Positions 44,128 to 52,440 of a stretch of DNA of 64,000 nucleotides are shown here, one piece after another; position 1 is the stretch's first letter, and every line of letters starts with the position of its first letter. The translations under genes and the position numbers were made by a program. Origin of the DNA: Candidatus Latescibacterota bacterium. GTDB taxonomy: Bacteria > Latescibacterota > UBA2968 > UBA8231. The notes beneath the pieces are model-generated. The model was given only the letters and a program-made list of their open reading frames with translations. It did no database searches and had not been told where the DNA came from. The stretch covers positions 3,616,001 through 3,680,000 of the forward strand of contig OZ241362.1 in the NCBI GenBank assembly GCA_965200315.1. The letters are read 5' to 3'.

Positions 44128-45048
44128 ATGTACGGACGCTACACTCCTTACTTTTTTGTCGCTCCCGGACTGTTACTCCTAGTCGTGTTCTTCGCCTATC
44201 CCTTGCTCGACACGCTCTATCTCAGCCTGCACCGCTACAACATCTTCTCGCCGCCCACCTTTGTCGGCTTCGACAATTTTCGCCGCGCTTGGGGCGACGA
44301 GCTGTTTTGGCGCGTCTTGGCCAACACCCTGCTCTACGCGATCATCGTGGTGCCCGCGCTCGTCGTACTCTCGTTTTTCATGGCGCTCCTGCTCGACAAC
44401 TCCCTGCGGCTGATCAAAGTGTTTCGCACCCTGTACTACATTCCGGTCGTCACCTCCATCGTCGTCGCCGGCATCGTCTGGAAGTGGCTGTACAATGCCG
44501 ATGGCCTGCTCAACGCCTTTCTCAAGGGGCTGGGCGTCAGCGGCCCGTCGTGGCTGGCCGATGTGCGCGGCGTCCCCGAGGCGTTCTTGGGCCTGCTCGG
44601 CGTGGAGACTCAAGCCGCGTGGTTGACCGAGCCGGCGATTGCCCTGTTTGCCGTGGCCATGGTAACCGTGTGGAAGGCAGCGCCTTACTACATGATCATC
44701 TATCTGGCCGGCTTGCAGGGCATCCCGGCCCAGCTCAAAGAAGCGGCCCGCGTCGATGGAGCCGGTTGGTGGCAGGTCGTGCGCCACGTCATCGTCCCGA
44801 CGATCAAGCCCTACACGCTCGTGGTCTCCATCATCGCCACCATCGCCGCCTTGCGCACCTTTGGCGAAGTGTACGTGATGACCGGCGGCGGTCCTTTCCA
44901 CCGCACCAACCTGTTGGCTTACTACATCTACACGCTCGGGTTCAAATACCTCGAAGTAGGGTACGCCGCGGCTGTTTCGCTCTGCTTGCTGGTCGTCATA
45001 CTGATCTTTGCCCTGCTCAACTTTCGCCTCGCCGGCCGAGGAGACTGA
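44128..45048 (+). CDS. Sugar ABC transporter permease
   Basis: FVGFDNF, AGLQGIP..L.EAARVDGA, MTGGGP. Confidence 0.93.
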   Translation: MYGRYTPYFFVAPGLLLLVVFFAYPLLDTLYLSLHRYNIFSPPTFVGFDNFRRAWGDELFWRVLANTLLYAIIVVPALVVLSFFMALLLDNSLRLIKVFRTLYYIPVVTSIVVAGIVWKWLYNADGLLNAFLKGLGVSGPSWLADVRGVPEAFLGLLGVETQAAWLTEPAIALFAVAMVTVWKAAPYYMIIYLAGLQGIPAQLKEAARVDGAGWWQVVRHVIVPTIKPYTLVVSIIATIAALRTFGEVYVMTGGGPFHRTNLLAYYIYTLGFKYLEVGYAAAVSLCLLVVILIFALLNFRLAGRGD

Positions 45049-45049
45049 G

Positions 45050-45865
45050 ATGGTCAAGCGCATTCTACTCTACGCAGTCCTGTGCGCGGTCGGCGCGGTC
45101 TTGCTCGTTCCTTTCGCCTGGCTGCTATCCACCGCGCTCAAGGCCGAGTCGGCCGATCTGTTCGCCCATCCTCCGCAGTGGATTCCCGATCCCATCGTCT
45201 GGAGCAACTTCGCCAAGGCTTGGAACATCCTCCCGTTTATGCGCTACCTCTTCAATACCTTCTACATTGCCATCGCCACCGTCCTGCTCAACTTGGCGTG
45301 CTGCTCGCTGGCCGGCTACGCCCTCGCCCGCATGCGCTTTCGCGGCCGCCAAGCCATCTTCTACTGCATATTGGCCACGACCATGGTGCCGTTCCAAGTC
45401 CTCTTAATCCCGCTCTTCATCGTCACCTTGAAGCTCGGCCTCGTGGATTCGTACGCCGGTGTCATCCTGCCGGTGGCCGTCAATGCCTTCGGCATCTTCC
45501 TCCTGCGCCAAGCCTTCGCCACCATTCCCACCGACTTAGAAGACGCCGCGCACATCGACGGCTGCGGCCCGTGGACCATCTATGCGCGCATTATGATGCC
45601 CCTCGTCAAACCGGCCCTCGCCGCGCAGGCCGCGTTCACGTTCGTGGCCCAGTGGAACGACTTCCTGTGGCCGCTGGTGGTGCTCAAAAGCCGCGAGCTG
45701 TACACCCTGCAATTGGGACTGGCCAGCCTCCAAGGCGTCTTTGGCGTCAACTGGCGCTACATCTCGGCGGCCTCAATCATCGCCTTGGTGCCGACGGTGC
45801 TGTTCTTTCTCTTCACCCAGCGATTCTTCACTCAGGGGCTGACGGCTGGCGCGGTGAAGGAATAG
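45050..45865 (+). CDS. Sugar ABC transporter permease
   Basis: IPTDLEDAAHIDG, QWNDFLWPL, GAVKE. Confidence 0.93.
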   Translation: MVKRILLYAVLCAVGAVLLVPFAWLLSTALKAESADLFAHPPQWIPDPIVWSNFAKAWNILPFMRYLFNTFYIAIATVLLNLACCSLAGYALARMRFRGRQAIFYCILATTMVPFQVLLIPLFIVTLKLGLVDSYAGVILPVAVNAFGIFLLRQAFATIPTDLEDAAHIDGCGPWTIYARIMMPLVKPALAAQAAFTFVAQWNDFLWPLVVLKSRELYTLQLGLASLQGVFGVNWRYISAASIIALVPTVLFFLFTQRFFTQGLTAGAVKE

Positions 45866-46012
45866 CGGGAGGTATGTCGCCTGTTAGCTCGGCCGATCTG
45901 CCCAGCGATTATTCCTAGCGAATCAAGAGCATGCGAGACACCCAAGGGCCCAAGGGCTAAGGCACAGGTTGCCCGACAGCCGGCAGGCCCCTCGCTAGCA
46001 AGGAGTCGCAAC

Positions 46013-47617
46013 ATGACGACAACGACCATGCGTTTTTTCAACACCGCCGGTCCCATCAAGACGGATATTCACTATCAAGTCCCGCTCCTGTCGCGGCTCG
46101 ATATCGAGGACCTCCTCCTGCTTATCCGGCAGGAAAAGTACTTCGTCCTGCACGCACCGCGCCAGACGGGCAAAACATCGGTGTTGTTCGCCTTGCGGGA
46201 CCAACTGAACGCCAGCGGCGAGTTCCGCTGTGTGTATGTCAACGTCGAGGTCGGCCAGTCGGCGCGGGAGGATGTGGCCGCGGCCATGCGGGCAATTCTC
46301 AGCGCATTGGCTCGTGCGGCGCGCCACACGCTCGACGATCTGTTCGTCGCGGACATTTGGCCCGGCATTCTCGACGACGCGGGGCCCAATGACGCGCTGG
46401 GGGAGACCCTATCCCGTTGGTCGCAAGCCGACGCCAAACCGCTGGTGCTGATCGTCGACGAGATTGACGCCCTGATCGGCGACACCCTACTGGCCGTGCT
46501 GCGGCAACTGCGTGCGGGCTACCCAGACCGCCCACGCCGGTTTCCTCAGAGCGCGATCCTCTGCGGGGTGCGCGATGTGCGCGACTACCGCATCCGCTCG
46601 TCCGCCGAAAACGCCATCATCGCCGGGGGCAGTGCGTTCAACATCCGCGCCGAATCCCTGCGCTTGGACGACTTCTCGTCCGCCGAGGTTGAATCCCTGC
46701 TGTTACAGCACACCGAGGAGACCGGCCAAGCGTTCGCCGAGGAAGCGCGGGGGGCGATATGGGAATTGACGCAGGGCCAGCCGTGGCTAGTCAACGCCTT
46801 GGCCTACGAAGCCTGCTTCAAGAACAAGGCCGGCCGCGACCGCAGCCGAGCCATCACCGCCGACGCCATCCAAGACGCCCGCGAGCAGTTGATCCTCCGC
46901 CGCGAGACGCACTTGGACCAGCTCACCGACAAGCTGCAAGAGGAGCGGGTGCGCCGCGTAGTCGAACCGCTGCTGAGCAGTGCTGACGCCGTGGAATCAT
47001 TCGCCGACGATGATCTGCAGTACGTGCGCGACTTGGGCTTGGTGGCGCAGGGCAGCCCGGTTGCCATCGCCAACCCGATCTACCGAGAGGTAATCCCGCG
47101 CGCCCTCACCTATACCACTCAGGAGATGTCGATCCACCACGACCCCGCTTGGTACGTCAATGCGGACGGCACCTTGGAGATGGGCAAGCTGCTGGCCGCG
47201 TTCCAAGCATTCTTCCGCGAGCTGTCTGAACATTGGGTGGAGCGATTCCAGTACAAGGAAGCGGGGCCGCAGTTGCTACTCCAAGCGTTCTTGCAGCGGG
47301 TCGTCAACAGCGGCGGGCGGATCGAGCGCGAGTATGGTTTGGGTCGGGGGCGCACGGACTTGCTGTTGACATGGCCAGTGGGCGGGGATCGCGGCAAGAT
47401 GCAGAAGGTCGTCATCGAATGCAAGGTGCTGCATCGGGGGCTGGAGCGGACGCTGCGCGAAGGGCTGGAGCAGACGCGGGCCTACATGGACCGCTGCGCG
47501 GCGGCGGAAGGGCATCTCGTGCTCTTCGACCGCACCGAGGGCACGTTGTGGGACGACAAGGTGTATCGCCGCGAGGAAACCGAAGAGGGTGCGCCCGTCG
47601 CGGTATGGGGCATGTAA
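46013..47617 (+). CDS. AAA ATPase with C-terminal PD-(D/E)XK nuclease domain
   Basis: FFNTAGP, APRQTGKTS Walker A, LIVDEID Walker B, REYGLGRGRTDL...VIECK. Confidence 0.9.
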   Translation: MTTTTMRFFNTAGPIKTDIHYQVPLLSRLDIEDLLLLIRQEKYFVLHAPRQTGKTSVLFALRDQLNASGEFRCVYVNVEVGQSAREDVAAAMRAILSALARAARHTLDDLFVADIWPGILDDAGPNDALGETLSRWSQADAKPLVLIVDEIDALIGDTLLAVLRQLRAGYPDRPRRFPQSAILCGVRDVRDYRIRSSAENAIIAGGSAFNIRAESLRLDDFSSAEVESLLLQHTEETGQAFAEEARGAIWELTQGQPWLVNALAYEACFKNKAGRDRSRAITADAIQDAREQLILRRETHLDQLTDKLQEERVRRVVEPLLSSADAVESFADDDLQYVRDLGLVAQGSPVAIANPIYREVIPRALTYTTQEMSIHHDPAWYVNADGTLEMGKLLAAFQAFFRELSEHWVERFQYKEAGPQLLLQAFLQRVVNSGGRIEREYGLGRGRTDLLLTWPVGGDRGKMQKVVIECKVLHRGLERTLREGLEQTRAYMDRCAAAEGHLVLFDRTEGTLWDDKVYRREETEEGAPVAVWGM

Positions 47618-47652
47618 GATGTCGCTTGCGCCCTGCGGGAAAGACGATTGCA

Positions 47653-47772
47653 TATAGCGAGTTGCAAGCACGGAACGTTCAGCGGCACCTTCTTCGCCGT
47701 GTTCCCTGCCCGCAGGCCAGCGGGCCAAACGCCCGCGCATCCAGCTATCATGAATGACTTAGGATTGCTATA
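47653..47772. mobile_element. MITE-like element bounded by TATAGC...GCTATA and carrying a REP-like motif
   Basis: Right end ATGAATGACTTAGGATTGCTATA resembles 20575-20597; internal GCGGGCCAAACGCCCGCGCATCCAG. Confidence 0.55.
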
Positions 47773-47789
47773 ACAAGGAGACCACGCCC

Positions 47790-48932
47790 ATGCGAGCGAC
47801 CATATACACGTACCCCTGGGACTTGACGGACGAGGGCATTGACTCGGCCCTAGAGACCATCGCCCACACAGCCGGCCTCAACAGCGTCAGCCTAGCCCAG
47901 AGCTACCATGTATCGACGTATTTTTTGCCGCACAATCCCCGGCGGCCCCTCTACTGGGGAGAAGAAGGCGCACTCTATTTCCAGCCATCCGCCACCTTTT
48001 ACGACGAAAGCCCCATCGCGCCCCTGATCAGCAACATTGTCGATGGCCCGGATTACATGCGCCGGATCGCGGATAAAATCAGGGCGCGCGGCCTCGACTT
48101 GACGAGTTGGCTGGTCTTCAACTACAACCACTACCTGCCCCAGCGCTATCCAGACGCAGCCAAGCACGATCCCTTTGGGCACATCAACTTCGCCCAGCTA
48201 TGCCCGGCCAGCCCCTTGGTGCGCGGCTATGCTCGTGCGCTCTGCCGCGATATCGCCGCGCAGTTTCAGCCCGACGAGTTCCACCTCGAATCGCTGGGCT
48301 ACCTGCACTTCAGCTACGGGTTCCGCAATCCCAAAGTCGGCGTACAGATCACACCATTCTGCGAGCTGCTGATGGGGTTGTGCTACTGCCGGCACTGCTT
48401 GCAGCGGGCCGGTGAAGGCGAGTGCTTCCGCGCAGAGGTCGCCGCATTCCTCGCCAGCGAACTCGCTGCTGAGCCTGCCCCGGAAGACATGCAGCCCCCG
48501 AGTGCCGAATGCCTCGCCGCCGCCTTTTCCGGCCGCTTGCAGACCTTTCTCGCTGCCCGCGTCGAAACGGCAACTTCGCTGGTGGAGGAAGCCATTGCCA
48601 TCGCCAACCAAGCCGGGGCACGCGCCTCGTTTTTCGGGGGCCGCGACCAGACAGTCAATGGGCTTGACTCGGATCGCGTCCTCCGCAACGTGTACATGGT
48701 CAACGCCGGCATGGGCGGCGAGCGCGTCCGCGCCCTGCGCGGCGAACTCCCGGCGGGTACCGGCCTAAGTGCCATCGTCAACCCTGGGGAATTCGCCGAC
48801 CGCGACGCGCTCGGGGCGCACCTGATCGCGCTGCGCCAAGCGGGCGTTGATGGCTATGCTTTCTACAACTACGGACTCATCCGCCGCGCCCATCTCGAAT
48901 GGATTGGCGCACACCGCCACTTGTGGCAGTAG
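47790..48932 (+). CDS. TIM-barrel glycoside-hydrolase-like protein
   Basis: YTYPWDL.DEG, LCPASP.VR.Y, FHLES, FYNYG. Confidence 0.65.
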   Translation: MRATIYTYPWDLTDEGIDSALETIAHTAGLNSVSLAQSYHVSTYFLPHNPRRPLYWGEEGALYFQPSATFYDESPIAPLISNIVDGPDYMRRIADKIRARGLDLTSWLVFNYNHYLPQRYPDAAKHDPFGHINFAQLCPASPLVRGYARALCRDIAAQFQPDEFHLESLGYLHFSYGFRNPKVGVQITPFCELLMGLCYCRHCLQRAGEGECFRAEVAAFLASELAAEPAPEDMQPPSAECLAAAFSGRLQTFLAARVETATSLVEEAIAIANQAGARASFFGGRDQTVNGLDSDRVLRNVYMVNAGMGGERVRALRGELPAGTGLSAIVNPGEFADRDALGAHLIALRQAGVDGYAFYNYGLIRRAHLEWIGAHRHLWQ

Positions 48933-48961
48933 GGTGCTGTCTAACCAAAGGAGCTAACTAC

Positions 48962-49993
48962 ATGGACGTCCAAGCAATCCAACGCGCCATCGACGCGCTG
49001 CCCCGCCACCACCTGACGCATTTGCCAACGCCCTTACAGCCCTGTCCGCGGCTGTCGGACGCGCTCGGGGGGCCGCAGATATGGATCAAGCGCGACGATC
49101 TGACCGGTCTGGCCTTGGGCGGCAACAAGTCCCGCTACCTCGAATTCACCCTCGCCGAGGCCACGGCCCAAGGGTGCGATGCGGCCGTGCTGAGCGCCGT
49201 CGTCCAGTCCAATCACTGCCGCCAGTTCGCCGCCGCCTGCGCCCAGCTCGGCCTCAAGGGCGTCGTCGTCCTGCGCGAGAACGATTCCATCATGGGGCGC
49301 AAGTCGCCAGCCCAAGGCAACTACCTTTTAGATCAGCTATGTGGCGCACACATCCGCTTTGCTCCACCCGAGAGCGTCGGCGCAACCATAGCCGAAGAAG
49401 TGGAGCGGCTCAAAGAAGAGGGGTACAAACCTTTCACCGGCCTGTCCGGCCTGTTGTCGCGCGTTGCCTACATCCAATGTGCGTTGGAAATCGAAACCCA
49501 ACTGTGCGCCGCCGGTATCCAAGCCGACGACTTGGTAATCGGGTCCGGGGGGACCAGCTTGGCTGGGCTAGTGGCCGGCTTTGCCCTCTTAGGGCGTTCG
49601 GCCCGCTTCCTCGGCACGCCCCAGAGCAAGCTGAGCCAGCGCGAAGGAGTGTCTGAGCGCATCGCGCAATCTGCTGCGGAAGCCGCGGCCCACCTCGGCC
49701 TCGAATGCGCACCCAACCCAGAGCGCATCGCCGTGACCGATGAGTACGTCGGCCCGGGCTTCGGCCATTTGGACCGCGCCACGCTCGACAGCATCCGCCT
49801 CCTCGCCCAAAGCGAGGGCATCTTCGTCGATCCCACCTATTCGGGCAAGGGATTATCCTGCCTAATTGATCAGGTGCGCCAAGGGCGTTTCCGCGACAGC
49901 GAAAATGTCGTCTTTGTCCACACCGGCGGAACGCCGCTGCTATTTGCCTACGGGGAAGAATTGGTAGGACTAGGTACAACCGAAAACGCTTGA
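48962..49993 (+). CDS. D-cysteine desulfhydrase/ACC deaminase family PLP enzyme
   Basis: IKRDDLTGLALGGNK.R.LE, QSNHCR, EGIFVDPTYSGK, FVHTGG. Confidence 0.92.
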   Translation: MDVQAIQRAIDALPRHHLTHLPTPLQPCPRLSDALGGPQIWIKRDDLTGLALGGNKSRYLEFTLAEATAQGCDAAVLSAVVQSNHCRQFAAACAQLGLKGVVVLRENDSIMGRKSPAQGNYLLDQLCGAHIRFAPPESVGATIAEEVERLKEEGYKPFTGLSGLLSRVAYIQCALEIETQLCAAGIQADDLVIGSGGTSLAGLVAGFALLGRSARFLGTPQSKLSQREGVSERIAQSAAEAAAHLGLECAPNPERIAVTDEYVGPGFGHLDRATLDSIRLLAQSEGIFVDPTYSGKGLSCLIDQVRQGRFRDSENVVFVHTGGTPLLFAYGEELVGLGTTENA

Positions 49994-50357
49994 ATCTGCT
50001 TTAGATGTTTGGCGAATATCGGCGAATTTTTTTCTTTGAGGGTGCAAAACCGACTCATTCTCATTTTCAAAGAGGATCCCATCATGTGGCCCATGATTGC
50101 CGAACCCGGCCTGCGCTGCACAGAATGCCGACACACCATTTTGCTGCCGCCTACAGCGTCGATGGAACCCACAAGTGCCTTGTATTTAACCAAGCTGGAC
50201 AATTTTACGTCGAGGACCAGCCAACCGAAATCATACCTAGCAAGGAATACTTATTCTACTTTGAAACCGACGGAGAATGGAATATAAACTTCACGGAAGG
50301 GTACTAATCAAGCATTCCCTCATTATGACATGCTGTGGATTGGCCATGTCTCTTTTT

Positions 50358-50768
50358 TTATTTTCCAGAACATTCCTCAATACCCAAGGCCCCGACGACT
50401 TCCTTGATTCGAGCGAGCCGGGCTGAAGCATAGTCCGTGGCCTCGTACCGCTGAATCTGTTGCTCCTTCAGTCCGAGTCGTTCCGCCAGCTCTTTTTGGC
50501 TCAGTCCTTGGGCGATTCGCGCTTTGATTAGAAGGGTCGGCAGCTCGGCGACGGTCTTGAGCTGATCAAATTGAAACAGGCCGACCTTTAGAGATTCATA
50601 TTCGCGCAACTCCTCTTTCAGGTCGGCGATCTGACTGCTCAAGGCATCGCGCTGGGCTTTGACAATAAGCGGATGCACTCCGTCGGCCTCGCCGAGGCTC
50701 TGCAAGGCCTGCGAGAACCGATTCGCTTGCGCTTTGGTGAGTCGGTATTGCCTTTCGTTTTTGATCAT
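50358..50768 (-). CDS. XRE-family HTH protein (antitoxin-like)
   Basis: MIKNERQYR.TK; LIKARIAQGLSQKELAERLGLKEQQIQRYEAT. Confidence 0.88.
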   Translation of the reverse strand: MIKNERQYRLTKAQANRFSQALQSLGEADGVHPLIVKAQRDALSSQIADLKEELREYESLKVGLFQFDQLKTVAELPTLLIKARIAQGLSQKELAERLGLKEQQIQRYEATDYASARLARIKEVVGALGIEECSGK

Positions 50769-50840
50769 GGAAAACCTCTCAAGTCTATGGCAACAATTCC
50801 TTGTGGAAGAGTTCCGACTGTATTGAACCGAGGGGACCAC
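50765..50840 (-). pseudogene. Internally deleted DUF6932-like nucleotidyltransferase remnant
   Basis: (M)VP-RFNTVGTLPQ|GIVAIDLRGFP*, overlapping the HTH start by ATGA. Confidence 0.6.
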
Positions 50841-50871
50841 AACACAATTTTATCGTTGTGTTGGCGCGTTG

Positions 50872-52425
50872 TCAAGGGGGTACGCCGGGCGCCAACCCCA
50901 ACGGCCCCACTAGCTCGTCCAGCGCATCAGATAGCGGCTGCGGGTCCGCGAGGTCGGCGATGACAGCCGCCAAGAAAGCCACGCCGCCGCGACGAGCAAA
51001 ATCCGCAATCTGCGCGTAGCTCAGCTTGGGCAGGTCGGCTAGCTGCTCGCCGACTAAGTGCGCGAGCCGCTGCTCTAAAATCGGCGGTCGCTCGGCGTAC
51101 GGCATGTTCTTCAACAGCAGGATTAAGTCGTTGCGCGCTAGCACGCGCTCGCGGACTCCGTAGCCCAAGCGGCGGCAATAGCCGGCAAAATCGTCTAAGG
51201 CATCCTCGCGGCCTCCCGCTAAACCCAACGCATCCTCCCGCGCAAACAGGGTCGTCATTATGGTCTGCGCGATCAGATAGTGGCCCCGCACCGTGGGGTG
51301 CAGATACTCGGTGATGAGCGCGTCGCCGACCAAACCAGCCGGTGCTTGGGCGGCAAACGCCTGCTCCACATCGATCAAAATCGCCCCCGACTCAGCGGCC
51401 AAGGCGCGAAGGGCGAGGTTGAAGGGCGAACAGGCCCGCAGGTGAATGCCGTCTAAATCGCGGGCGCGCACAAACGCGGCTAGCGCCTGCGCTGAGTCCC
51501 CAGCCGCCTGGTGAGCCAAGCCCGCCTCAAAGTGCCAGGCCGCATGCTGCGGATGATCCGCCAGCGCAGCGTCCGGCGGCGGGACTGGCCCTTGCGAGCG
51601 CAGAGGATAAAATCCGGCCAAATTGGAAACCAGCGTACAGAGCGCGACCGGCACCTCGCGGGCGCGCAGCACTTTGAGCATCGCGGCCATATTGCGCTGA
51701 TAATGGGCCTCGGTCTGGCGGTGCGCCTCGTCCTCCAAGTAAATCGCGCGCTGCACCAAGTGTACGCCAAAAGACTCAACGGGTGCGGCCGGCCGCAGCG
51801 CGGCCGCAGCGTAGTGCAGCAGGCTGTCGAGCAAGTAGTAGGTCTTTGTCCTCTGTAGGAACATCTGCAACTGGATGAAGTACCAGTTGCCGCTCAGACG
51901 CGCAAACGGGGTCGCGGCCCCGTACGGCCCTACGAACTCGTTGTGGCCAGCGTAGATGAGCACCAAATCCGGCTCGTGCGCGACCACTTCCTCGACAAAT
52001 TCTCGCATGACAAAGGAATTGATGGCCGTGACGCCGCAGTTGACGACCTCGATCTGGCGCGCTGGATACGCATCGGCGAGCATCTGTTGCAAGAAGTTGG
52101 GAAACGAGGTATAGGCGGGGTTGGGGAAGCCGAGCAGGGTCGAAGCTCCCAGCGCGAACACGCGGAACGTACGTGCGTCTTTGTCGCGGGCAAAGCGATC
52201 TTGCCCTGGGGCCAAGCGCACGTACTGGCGGGGGAAGAAGCGCCGCGCAGCTTGTGGGTTGATGCGGTAGGACGAGTCGCTGGCCGCAAAAAGGGCGTCG
52301 TCCGGCCCGACGCCCACCAGCCACAAGGCGGCCTCAAAGAGCGCGACCAACGACAAACCAATTAGGAAGGCTACGGCCCGACCTTTTGCTCTATTGGCCC
52401 TTTTTGCTTTGTTTGTCGCCTTCAT
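50872..52425 (-). CDS. Membrane-anchored SGNH/GDSL hydrolase-like protein with TPR-like segment
   Basis: FALGAST..GFP, EVVNCG, YAGHNEFVG, EYLHPT.RGH. Confidence 0.8.
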   Translation of the reverse strand: MKATNKAKRANRAKGRAVAFLIGLSLVALFEAALWLVGVGPDDALFAASDSSYRINPQAARRFFPRQYVRLAPGQDRFARDKDARTFRVFALGASTLLGFPNPAYTSFPNFLQQMLADAYPARQIEVVNCGVTAINSFVMREFVEEVVAHEPDLVLIYAGHNEFVGPYGAATPFARLSGNWYFIQLQMFLQRTKTYYLLDSLLHYAAAALRPAAPVESFGVHLVQRAIYLEDEAHRQTEAHYQRNMAAMLKVLRAREVPVALCTLVSNLAGFYPLRSQGPVPPPDAALADHPQHAAWHFEAGLAHQAAGDSAQALAAFVRARDLDGIHLRACSPFNLALRALAAESGAILIDVEQAFAAQAPAGLVGDALITEYLHPTVRGHYLIAQTIMTTLFAREDALGLAGGREDALDDFAGYCRRLGYGVRERVLARNDLILLLKNMPYAERPPILEQRLAHLVGEQLADLPKLSYAQIADFARRGGVAFLAAVIADLADPQPLSDALDELVGPLGLAPGVPP

Positions 52426-52440
52426 TAATCGTTAAAAAAC

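Noticed and set aside
42804-45865. ABC transporter lacking an ATPase gene
   Set aside because: Carbohydrate ABC systems commonly share an MsmX/MsiK-type ATPase encoded elsewhere
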